From: Eledone cirrhosa
Lineage: Eukaryota
Direction of reading: 5' to 3'
NCBI GenBank assembly: GCA_964016885.1
Contig: OZ024764.1
Location: 21,700,001 to 21,764,000 of the forward strand
DNA: 64,000 bases
The position numbers and the translations under genes were made by a program. Below are positions 38,370-50,480 of this stretch, one piece after another (the first letter of the stretch is position 1; the number at the start of each line of letters is the position of its first letter). Below the pieces are notes generated by a model that searched no databases, was not told the DNA's origin, and saw nothing but the letters and a program-made list of their open reading frames with translations.

Positions 38370-38705
38370 CTGAATTTATATTTAACAGGGAGATCTTTTA
38401 CTGTCCCTACCCTTTTCTCTAGGTTGTCTTGTACCTCTCTCACAGTCCCTCTAGATCTTATATTTAACAGGGAAATCTTTTACTATCCCTACCCTTTTCT
38501 CTAGATTGTCTTGTACCAGTCTCACAGTCCCTCTCGATCTTATATTTAATAGGGAGATCTTTTACTGTCTCTACCTCTTTCTCTAGGTTGTCTTGTACCT
38601 CTCTCACCGTCCCTGTAGATCTTATATTTAACAGGGAGATTTTTACTCTCCAACCCTTCTACAGATAGTCTTCTATCTGTCAGTCCCTCTAGATCTTACA
38701 CCTAG
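38370..38705. repeat. 82-bp minisatellite (~4 copies)
   Basis: Same unit as 14495-15060. Confidence 0.9.
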
Positions 38706-40683
38706 TATCTAGTCTATGTTGAGTGGTACGTCCTTCTCCAGTAAAGGAGTTAATATTCCCAACCATCTGTCTATCCTGTTTTCTGATGAGAATGAAGTCA
38801 AGCTAGTTTATCTCTTCACCTGATTGAAGTAACTAGATCAAGTAACTAGATGTTTTCCTGTAAGTTAGTGTTGCAGTGTTTGTGTCACCATGTAAGGTTT
38901 ATATCTATTAATATAGAGATGTAGTAAAGTTTTCACTGTTGTATCTCTATTTTCTAAATATCTTAATAATGTTTCTCTACTATTTCAGAATATCACATGA
39001 CCTTGACAGAAAAGAGACTGTTAAAGACAACAGAAAGATGTTACATACAAGTGATATAAACTTGTTTAGTCTGTGGTGAATTATGGTGAAATATTTCTTC
39101 TGAATTGTGATAAATAACAACATTTTCCTTTTTCACTGTCTGGAATATTTACAAGATGATTTTACATTCTGATTAAACTTTGGATATTTACAAAGGAGTT
39201 TTCAAAATATTTGGATATTGACAAAGATCACATTTGGTAAAAATTATGAACAATAGAAATATTTACATCAACATAGGAATATTTTCCAGAAGAGATGGGA
39301 ATATCATTATACCACTGTAATATTTGTGGTAAAGTATTCTCTCTTCTTTATATGTAGAACATCTAACTAAACACTTTAACTAACAAACTATTGTGCTATA
39401 GAATTGACAAACTTGAGCAATGTTTAATAAATGTTACAGATTTCTCCAAACTGTCGTTTACTAACTTTAATTTGAAGCTATATTATCTATATACTACAAA
39501 AACTCTGTGATTGTGTCTTGTCTAATTTAATACAGCTAAAACAGTGCATAATGGGGAAATACTTTGAAAGGAATAAAACAATTTTTGTATAAATTGGAGC
39601 ACAGGTTCCCAAGATACAAGGTTTTCTGGGTACCTTGATATATATAGGGAGAGAAAGAGATAGTGGTTGTGAGAGTGAGGAGACAGATGGAAGAGAGAGA
39701 GAGAGCTGGTGGTGTTGTTTAATAAAATGTGTGTGTGTATATATATATATATATACGTATGTGTATATTTTAACTATTTAAAAATTATTTTTAAATGACT
39801 TTTAAAAAATAGTTTTAAGGGAACGTGACCCAACAGGTCCCGGGTGGTCTAGTTTGTTACTAAAAACTAGATATTAGAGGGTCATGTTGTTCTAGATGTG
39901 CTGGAAGAGCCATTCCATCTTGTGAGGTTCACACCAGCAGCTGGCCACCTCAGCACCTATGGTGGTATATTTATTATATTATTTATTCTTTATCATTAAC
40001 ATTAATATAAAAGATAATTATATATTTTTAGAGAAGAACCTTTTTGTTGTGACACCTACAGAACCACTTTACAGTGTAGACTGGGTACTTTTTTTGTGAC
40101 ACCTACATGACCACTTTACAGTTTGCACTGGGTGCTTTTTGTTGTGACACCTACAAGACCACTTTAAAGTTTTGGCTAGGTTCTTTTTGTTGTCACCTAC
40201 ATGATCACTTTACAGTGTGGGCTGGGTACTTTTTGTCGTAACATCTACATGACCACCTTATAATGTTGACTGTGTGTTCTTTACAGTGTGGGTTGGGTGC
40301 TTTTGGGTTGCTTCTGACAGGACCTGTTGAAGGGAGTGTTTGAGAACTCTGCCCCCAAGACCCTTTCTGGAATAAGTGGGTTAATAAGAAGAGGTTGAGG
40401 TTACATAATCAACATCAGATTTCCATGCTAGCAAGGAGTTAATGAGTCTACTTCAACCAAATAAGTACTGAAGTGAGGCTACTGATCTCCCAGACAGACC
40501 AAGGATCTGAGACTTATTTACATAAGGTCTCATTTGCTACTGAGTGCACAGAAAAGGTTGTCATGTCTTTGTCATGATTGAAGGGTTCTCCGACACTATT
40601 GTTGGGCAAGCTTTCTATGGCTAGATGTCGTTCACATGACCAACCACATTACAGCCTGTGTTGGGTGTGTTTATCATGTAGGT

Positions 40684-43037
40684 GAGGCATAACAAACTGA
40701 GGGTTCCCCAAGGGCCACATAGGTCACATGTGTTGTCTGAGGGTTGCACACTACAACTAATAATGTACAGGACAACTAATTAAAGTAATTTAATAAAATA
40801 TATTGCAGAAAGATTTGTTACTTAAATTTAGAAACATACAATGTACATACAAATGTTTTAGCAGCATTCATGAATACAAAGTAATGAAGTAGTTTGACAA
40901 AAAACTAAAATTTAACATGTCAACATATACTTGCAGATTGTAACAGCAACAAATACATTGTACACAAATAACAACAGTTGAAAACTGAACATTTATTTGC
41001 TACTATTCAACTATTTTTAGTCTTTTGTCCTGAGGCTTGACACTTCTTTCTGTTGACAATGTTTGGTATGTCTGGCTGAAATGTTTGTACAGTTCCAACT
41101 TTGATCAGATGACAAGTGTTGATCAGTCAGCCTTGTTCTCTGAGAAGTTTTTGTTAATTTCATGAAGGAAAATAACTGTCCACTCACATAGGTAGAACCA
41201 AACGTTGCCATAATCTTTGTGACAAACTTTCTGATGTTAATAAACTTTTCAGGAAGGTATGAAAAGAAACCAGGTATCCCCACTACAAGATACTTTGTTC
41301 TGAGTGTAGAATCTGACTGCATTTCCAATAGTTCCATCTGCAGGCATTCTTCTGCCTTCATCAAAGGTGAATGGTGCTGAGAATAATGTAAACTGATGTT
41401 CAAAAAATGAGAAATCACAAAATCTTTCCTGAAATTTCTTTAACAACAATTCCAGCTGACTGTCATACTTAACTAAGCTAAATACAGACTCAGTATTGGC
41501 AGTGTTTTTCAGCTCTTTGCACATAGGGAAATGAACTAAATTTTCATCTGACGACGGAGATTTCCATAAGCTTAGTTTTCTAATGAAGCACTTGATGTCA
41601 TCATTCAACTGATTAATGGGTTTGTTTTAACCTTGTAATTTCAAATTAAGATCAGTTAATTGTGCAGTAATATCCACAACAAAAGCCAGATGTTGGAGCC
41701 AACTTTCATCTTTTATTTCATCTGTGTTTTAACCTTTTATCTCCAAAAACATAATTATTTCTTTTCTCAACAAATAGCATCTTTTCAGCACGTTGTGACA
41801 TGTCAACCAGCCGACTTCTGTGTAGAATGGAACATCGGTGAACTGATTATCCATATCTTCCAACAACTGGCTGAACTGACGGTGGTTGCGAGCACGGCCT
41901 CTGATTTAGTTCACTGTCTTTGTGACCAAGCTAAGCACATGATGCAATTTTAAAATCTTTGAACATAAATTTTGCTGATGAATAATAGTGAAAATGTGCA
42001 AATGATGAATCTAGATATGAGTTTTCTATTTTTGTTTGTAACTTGGCAGCAACACCATTATGTCTACCAACCATATTTGCAGCACTGTCAGTAGATAAAC
42101 ATGCAAGTTTACTCAGATCAAAACCATGCAGACCCTGCTTGACCTTCTCAAAGATGTCCTGGCTTGTTATAATGTCATGCATGGGGACCAGTTCAATCAG
42201 TTCTTCATAAATATTAAATTCACAGTCACAGGCCCTGATGAAGAATGCAAGCTGTACTATTCCAGTGATGTCAACAGTCTCATCAATAGCAATAGAAACA
42301 TGTTCAAACCTTGATGATACAGCCTTTAACTGTTGTTTCAGATCACCTGACATTTCATTAATCTATTCAGCAACAGTGTTCCTGGTTAATGAAATGTCTT
42401 TGAATAACTGTGCTTTCTCTGGACAATTTCAGCTGTTTTTACAAAATCTCCTTCACTCTAAGATTTCCCACTCATGGCAATCATTTGACTGAGTTCATAG
42501 CTTGCAGTAACGGAAGTGACATTCTCTTCCTGAATTAACATAAAACAGGTCTGTTGCTGTGTCAAGTTAGACTTCAATTCCTTCAGTCTTGAAATACACA
42601 TTGGGGCTTCATATTTATCGTAAGATCGACGGTTTGTTTCATAATGTCTTTTTGAATTGTACTCTTTTGGCCTGGCGATGTAGTTGTTGCAAATTAAACA
42701 GTGTATCTTTCTGTTCAGCGTTGAGCAAAAGTACTGGAATTCCCACTTTTCTTGAAACACTTGCCCTTCTTCGTTCAATTTCTTTTTTCTCTTAGCTGGA
42801 GGAGCACTAACCATTTCAAAAACAAAATCTTTTGAAATTTTGAAAGAAAGTTTTCTGTTAATGAGCTGCACGTGATTAATGGCAGTTAAAAGTAGTTGAC
42901 AAAATTTGCACAAAAAAATTAATTGTATCGAAAATGTTTTAAATTTTATATTACGAAAATGAAACATGCTCGCACTGTAAAAACCTTTGTGTGGGCCGCA
43001 GGTTTGCTTGCCAAGGGCCGCATGTTTGACATGTCTG
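40684..43037 (-). mobile_element. hAT DNA transposon (Charlie/SPIN, GTF2IRD2/EPM2AIP1-like transposase), full-length but frameshifted
   Basis: 8-bp TSD ATGTAGGT at 40676-40683 and 43038-43045. Imperfect TIRs gaggcataacaaac / gtttgacatgtctg. Fragments from the ATG at 42814: FQEKWEFQYF..CLIC..KEYNSKRHYET, SIAIDETVDITGIVQL, STDSAANMVG, and hATC FGSTYV..QLFS.MK..R.RLTDQHL. Confidence 0.93.
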
Positions 43038-43449
43038 ATGTAGGTTACCAACACTAGGGAGGGCAGCATGTCCTTCAATGTCTTCTGCTACATTAACTAC
43101 CAGGAGGTCACCACATGAGACAAAGAATACATTTCAAAGAAGGGTCATAAAAGAACTAAATACGAAAGTACCCACAGCAAAAAGGAAATAATTGAGCTTT
43201 GGGTCTAGGTCAAGGGGCAGAAGTGCTGTGCCCTGTTAATAAGACTGAAAAAGTATTCGCCCCGGACTATGGACAGTTACACCCACTGCAACAGCCACCC
43301 CAACCTAATGGGGCTCCCTCTTCAGAAGAGCCACCAACGTTCTGATCTTACAGAGGAGCTTGGTAGTACGGGGTCCAAGTACTTTTGAGGTCTCGATGGT
43401 GACCGGTGTGAAGAGACCTACAATTGATGTCATCCCAGTTATGTTGGAC

Positions 43450-43601
43450 TGTAATATACTGGGGTATAGTGAGGCCTTAACCTGTCACAGCCGAGCCACC
43501 CAGGGTTGTGTCATCTAGGTACCAGACAGGGGTAACTAGACCATGTTGTCAACTGTCATCACCAATAGGAGTGAGGCGAGTGGGTCCCCTTGCGAGACAC
43601 C
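43450..43601 (-). mobile_element. Old CRE-like RT fragment
   Basis: The minus strand reads GVSQGDPLASLLLVMTVD and, after a frameshift, VWYLDDTTLGG. Confidence 0.65.
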
Positions 43602-43845
43602 ATATATAAAACGTATTTGCTAATTACTTTAATGAATAATTTGTTTCATACGTAATTATTACTTTTAACACGATAGGATTTTGTACACGTGTTTGTTTGA
43701 AAACATCTTTCAAAGAAGTATGAGACAGTCTTTTGTAGTGTTTATTATAATAAATTACTGTATGTTGAGCTGTTTTAACTTCTCCACCTTCTATTAATTC
43801 ATATTGTTTTTGTAAAAAAACGATATCTTTTTCATATATATATAT

Positions 43846-44061
43846 GAAGGCGTGTGGCTGAGTGGTTAGAGAATTGGATTCGGAATTGTGAGGTTGTGAG
43901 TTCGATTCTCAGACTAGGCGATGCGTTATGTCCTTGAGCAAGACATTTTATTTCACGTTGCTCCTTCTACCTGGAGTTGCGACCGATAGATAGTATTAGC
44001 AATTGGAAAGACCAATGGAAACATTGTTTCCTCGGTCAGATTTGACTAAAAGTCGATCATT
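43846..44061 (+). mobile_element. Full-length tRNA-derived SINE with a CORE-like central domain
   Basis: Pol III A box TGGCTGAGTGG (43855-43865) and B box GTTCGATTC (43900-43908), then tgtccttgagcaagaca, an A-rich/(TA)n end and flanking (TA)n. Confidence 0.8.
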
Positions 44062-46934
44062 AAAAAAATATATATTTATATATATATAGAGAGAGAGATA
44101 GAGAAACACACAAGCGTACACTACTGTAAAACATATGTAAGGGTAGACAACTCTCGTTACATCCCCCTCTTCTTTTTATATACGTCCTTTAAATACTTTG
44201 TTCAATGGAACCTGCTTTATTTTGTGTCCTAAGTAGATTTCTGTTTAAGTATTTACGAGATTCGCAATGATTCACGTAACCAAGTTACTTACATAGAGAT
44301 ATATTTCACATAGAATCACAACAAATGAAAATATTAAGTCAACACTCTGTCAATCAGTCTCACATCACATGGGGTGCCGGAGTCTCCTTCTAATACTTTC
44401 TGAGACAGTCTTACCTCGAGTGATAGCAAGGCTAAGATGTTGGAACTACCAAACACCCTCATATGTATCACCTGACACCTCGGTAAGGAGAGCTGCCAAC
44501 GATAACAAGAACCTCGTTGTCAGGGACCTATCTCCTCCAAACTTCTCCAACACCACAGACTAGAATATTCTACTCTTTATTCCCTATCAAATATATTTCA
44601 GTCTAGTCATTGATCTTGTATCTTGTATATGTATTTTCAAAACTAACTGTCACATTTGTGAGACCCCAGTTAGTGATGTTTTCGTCTCCCTCCCACATCC
44701 TACATGCTGTAGTAAAAGTGAGGGTCACTGCTTCTGTAGACGAACGAAATAAAAGTTCAACTACCAGTAATTATCGACAAAGTATTTATTCCAGTCTGTG
44801 ATGTTTGAGAAGCTGGGCTGCTGACAACGAAGTTGTTGTCACTGTTGGCGGCTGGCTTTACCGAAGTACCCGATGACTCTTGTGAGGGTGCTTAGCTGTT
44901 ATGGCGGTTTAGCCTCCATATGACCCGATCTTACCGAGATACCCGGTGATCTCTGTAAGAGTACTTAGCTGTTCTATTTTAATTACATTTACTGTTTTCA
45001 ACTTTATTTTTTTTTATTACAAACTTTACATAATTTAATTCGGTAAAAATATTTTTCACGTCACAAAAAAACTTGACCTTTGACATTGAAGCATGCGCAG
45101 TGGTGCAGCTGTCGACTTCCTGTCCACGTGTTAGTCTTCCTACAACATCATTTAGAAAACATTTCTGCAAATACTAAACACCTGAGACTATAATGTAAGT
45201 ATTATGTCTATTAATATTGTAGATTTAAGCTCACTTTTCACATCACAAATATATATTTTCTTGTTTGTTTCATTACTGGAAATATAAAATGTTATCGTAA
45301 TTATCTATATTTTACCTATAGCTTTTACTTAGCTGTTCTGGCAACTTAGCCTCCATATGACCCGATCTTACCGAGATACCCGGTGATCTCTGCCAGGGTA
45401 CTTAGCTGTTCTGGCAACTTAGCCTCCATATGACCCGATCTTACCGAGATACCCGGTGATCTCTGCTAGGGTACTCGATTGATCCAGCACCCTACTATAT
45501 CTACCAACAGGTTATATCGAGGTATCAAGTGATAATCTTTTCAAGTCAAGACCTCCTCTGCTGTCCTCTGTCTTCCAACTGCCCTGTTATTCTACAGACT
45601 CACGAAAGTGGACACCACCTGAAGGAGAGAGTGGTTGGTGTAGTGGTCATCGCTGGCTATTGTCCGAGTGACACAGGTGAAATAGACTACCTAGACTGAG
45701 GTGAAATGTCTACCGTCCATTCCTCACCACCAACACCTTACTTTCTCTATTTTAATTACATTTACTGTTTTCAACTTCATTTTTTTATTACAAACTTTAC
45801 ATAATTTAATTCGGTAAAAATATTTTTACGTCACAAAAAAACATTGAAGCATGCGCAGTGGTGCAGTTGTCGACTTCCTGTCCACGTGTTAGTCTTCCTA
45901 CAACATCATTTAGACAACATTTCTGTAAATACTAAACACCTGAGACTATAATGTAAGTATTATGTCTATTAATATTGTAGATTTAAGCTCACTCTTCACA
46001 TCACAAATATATATTTTATTGTTTGTTTCATTACTGGAAATATAAAATGTTATCGTAATTATCTATATTTTACCTACCTCTAATTAATTAAAGTGAAAAC
46101 TTTTGTTGTTGCTGAAAAATAAATTAACAAAACTAAATATTTAAATATTCTAAAGGTCGTTTTTATATTATGTGATGATATAATTAATATATTTTATTAC
46201 AATTGTATAAATTTACAGTAGAATAACGTTGTAAATATGTTTTAAATATATACATAAATAACATAAGTGTGTAAATAACATTATAAATTGCTGGCAATTC
46301 CTTGAGAAAGACATTACAAATATATTGTCTAAACTGTGTATAATAATATAATTTATTGAACAATAATGATAAAGGAAAGAAAAACACAGAGGGAGATGGC
46401 AATTGACCACCAAACGAGGTAAACATTTTCAACTTTCCCCTTTTTTTGCTTTGTCCGAGACAACTCAAAATATTCTTCAAGGAACAGGATTTTCCATTCG
46501 GTTGGATCGAACGGATTTTACCATTTATAATCTACGGAGAGGAATAACAGATGTTCGGAGGAAAAAAGAATTGTTTGTGGCAACAACGTAGGGAACCAAC
46601 CTGGAGCAATTGCATCACACAATTATACTTTCCTCCTTAACATACACTTACAATTTTTCAAAATCAAACCCCCCAAATATAAAATATAAATAATTATAAA
46701 TGGCGAGGAACCATCCCATCTCCCTCTTGAAATAACCTGAATCTATTTATAGTCAGGTGTGACTGAAAGGTCAATCCATACTTCCATTCTATTTCACAGA
46801 ATTAGAAGCTTTGACCACTTGATAGAATTCAGGTCCAGTAATGTAATCACTCCGTAATTGTAAACATCTTGTATCACTATCATTCAGGTTTTGATTTTAA
46901 GTCTTGCCCATGTTTTTTTTTTTTTTTTCTTTTT

Positions 46935-49900
46935 TACACAAACTCACAATTTCGGTTTTTACTGCGGATTTACCCATGCGAACTATTACACAAACTCACA
47001 GCCTTAGATTTTGTATTTCTAGCGTTTTTATTTTCCTTCTCTTTGCACGTTCAGTGCTCTTTCTCTCCCACTGTATTTACCTGCCTCTCACATGACCACA
47101 CTCCTCTCCACGCACTCATCATCTTCTCACTCCTTCTCCACCTTCCATCCCTCCCCTTGCTCAACCCTTACTTCCTCCTCGCGCACAGCCCACCTAGGTA
47201 TTCGTTCAACCCGCCGGTGGCCCGATGTTTGGACCGAACTATCACCGGTGATTGCCGATTGCTAAAGTTGCCACCACTTTAACCTAGTCCACTCTAGGTG
47301 GCAGTGGCATGCGTCGAACGACCAAGAGACCTGCTTGGTGGAACGACTATGTGACAACCGGTCAGCCTTCGACCTCTCATTCTCCACCAACGGCAGCACG
47401 CACGAGAGGAGCTAACTTGCCCCCACCTACCCCTCCTCTCCTTCACGGCAGATTCCGAACGAATCCAACCCGGCCAACCACACCACCCCTACAACTGTTA
47501 GCTCACCACCCAACCCCCGCTTTAGTCCCACCGTTAGAACCACTGCTGTCTCCTTTACTGACTCACTCCCTTCACCGAATTCCAACGCTGGCCCTCTACT
47601 GCCGGCTGTTGCCAGCCCGCCACCTGATTGCGCCCTCTGTGCCCGCACTAACCAGTACTTAAAGACAATTAAATGTCACCTATGCCACGCAAGCTACCAC
47701 AGAAGCTGTGTCGGCATCACCAAAGCTCAAGCCGAAAGGCTTCAACACTGGACCTGTCATCGGTGCCACTTCAGCTCCGACTATTCCGTGGGGATGACCA
47801 ACACTCTACCGACGACTTTCCACAGCCCCCCCCCCCCCCCTCCCCCCCCCAGGGCTTCTCCAAATCAAAGCTCGTTAACCGGTCCCTTAAGGGAGCTTGG
47901 AACAGCTTTGCAGGTGCCCTCTAATTTACTGAAAAACGTTTGCTCGTCCAACAATAGTCTGGCAGAAATTGTTTTTGTTTCCCCTCATCTCTCTTCACGT
48001 GCACAATGCGAACTCGGGTTCCCTCAAGTCCTCTCTCAAGCGGCAGTTCCAGCTGTTTGAGTCCACCCCAACCACGTCTCATCTCAGTTCGTCTCCGAGC
48101 TCGGTGTCCACCAACAGACAACCGGTAGACCTCAAGCGAGCCGTCCATGACAATTCAGCGAATTTGACATTAAAGGGGCTGTCCTCCCTTGCTCCATGCA
48201 ACTCTGACTCTCGTGAGCGTCTGAAAGAGAAGCACCCCCAGATGATCAGCAACACTGGCCCGAACCACCAGAATACTTGAGACCGGTTTACACCACCAAT
48301 ATCATCAGAAAGGCGATTTTATCCTTCCTCGCTGGGTCAGGCGCGGGAATTGACGTCCTTCGTCCTCAACATCTCAAGGATGGTATCTCCTTATCGGCCG
48401 GTGATGCCGGACTCGAGCTCTTGGAGAGTCTGACTCAGTTTGTGAATCAGTGAACGTTCTCCCGTTCATCCGCCCACTGTTCTTCGGTGCGAAGCTATTT
48501 GGTCTCACCAAGCCCAACGGGGACCTGCGCCGCATTGCGGTTGGCTGCACACCTCGCCGCCTCACTGCAAAGGCGTGATTGCTGTTGGTCTCCAACTCAG
48601 TGGCGGAGGAATTTTCCCCCATCCAGCTGTGGGTGGGTACCAGGTTGGGATGTGTGGCTGCTGTCCACGCTGCCAGAGCATTTGCCAACTTGCCCTCCTC
48701 ATCCCCCAAGGTCATCCTCAAACTTGACCTCAGGAATGCCTTCAACTCCGTCAGCCGTAACATCGTCCTCGGCTCAGCAAGAGAGAGGGTCCCACAACTC
48801 TACCACTTTGCTTGGCAGGCTTATCGGGAGCCCTCCTACCTCTCTTTCAGTAACCAGATCATCACCTCTGCCTCAGGAGTCCAACAGGGTGACCCACTCG
48901 GTGACCCCCCCCCCCCCCCCCTCCCCGCACTGGACATTGATGACGTCACCAAGATGGGGGTTGAGTTGGACCTCAATGTCTGGTAGCTCGACGACGCCTG
49001 TTTGGGGGGAACTCCGGATATGGTTCTCGCCACTGCCAACAGGATGGTGGAGGAGCTTGGCGCCGGGGACTCCAGATCAATAGCTCCAAATGTGAGCTCT
49101 GGATCCTCAACCACCCGGCTTCTTAACACCAACAGCTGATCGACCTGTTCGCAGAGTCCTTCCCTTCCATCACGGTCCCTCCCCCGTCAGCTTGGTGCTC
49201 CTTAGGAGCCCCAATCACAGACCTGGCCTTCGAGTCAACCATCCAATCGAAGATGGTTGGCCTTGAGCAGCTGCTGAGGAATATTGAAGATATCGAACCC
49301 CATCAAGGTTTCTTCTTACTCAGGAACTACCTGTCTATTCCTAAGCTTCTGTATCTGCTCAGGGTCAGCCCCTCTCACAGATTTCCATCCTGCCTCCAAC
49401 GCTTCGACGACCTAATCTTCAAGAGACTCGAGTGTCTGGTCAATGTTAGTAAGTGTTCGTCCCTCTCTCTCCCCTGCTTCCTTTCCTCCACCCAAGCTTG
49501 CAGCATCCTCTCCTCTCCAACATGGACTAGTTCCAACAGGGAGTTGTGTGAAGCTCTCCAGCAATGGAGTGAGTTGGGCTTGTCTCTTCCTGAGAAGGTG
49601 GAGGACAGTCGAAGTCAGAGAACTTGGGACAGGATACGTTGGAATGCCACCTTCGACTCCCTCTTCGTCCTCTCAGATCAGTTTACAAGGTGCCGCTTAC
49701 CATCTGCCAGCGCCAAATACTCCGGTGACTGGGTCGATGCCTTACCCGTGGCCAACGTTGGAGGCCTACTCAGCCTGGATGAACTTCGTGTCTCCATCAC
49801 CCTCAGAGTGGGAGCTGACCTCTGCATGGGTTTGAGATGTGGCTAACTCCTCGACTCCACAGGCCCCCACAGTCTTTCTTGCCGCCTGAATGCCGGCCAC

Positions 49901-50480
49901 TTCGCCCGTCACACGGAGCTAAACTTTATTCTGAAGAGAGCTTTGGCCCGGGCAAACATCCCCTCAGTCTTGGAACCATCTGGGTTGTCCAGAAGTGACG
50001 GCAAAAGACCTGACGGCCTTACCCTGTGCCCCTGGTCGAGAGGCAGGTGCTTAATCTGGGACGTCACTGTTAGTGACTCCTTTGCTCTTTCCCACATCCT
50101 TGATGCTGCGGTAAGGACGAGAGCCACAGCTTCGGCAGCCGAGCAGAGTAAGACCCTCAAATACTCTGATCTGTCGACCAGCTACATTTTTCAGCCTGTG
50201 GCTTTCGAGACGTTTGGGGGAGTCGGGCTGCTGACTGCAAGGTTCCTTTCCTCACTGGCGGCTCGCCTTATAGAGGTAACTGTCGAAATCGCGAGGGCGC
50301 TTGGCTGTTCCAGCACTTCAGCCTCGCTATCACCTGAGGTAACACTGCCAGTGTGCTGGCTTGCCTCAAAACTCATTAGAGAGGTTCCCAGTACCCCTCG
50401 TTGCTGTCTTTTGCTCTGGTGTTGGCTCCGTTGTCCACCCCTTCCTTTACATTTTCTTTAATATTGCAACATTGAAGGAA
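46935..50480 (+). mobile_element. CRE-clade non-LTR retrotransposon, near full-length pseudocopy
   Basis: Collinear with 24283-27800; LKLDLRNAFNSV, GVQQGDPLG, KRPDGLTLCPWSRG; shares inactivating stops with the other copies. Confidence 0.88.

Noticed and set aside
43846-43925. tRNA gene
   Set aside because: A and B boxes are present, but there is no convincing cloverleaf and the sequence continues into a SINE body found elsewhere in the window.
47826-48921. Poly-C tracts giving poly-Pro or G-quadruplex motifs in CRE copy 3
   Set aside because: They are short in the paralog; homopolymer slippage or sequencing error is the simpler explanation.
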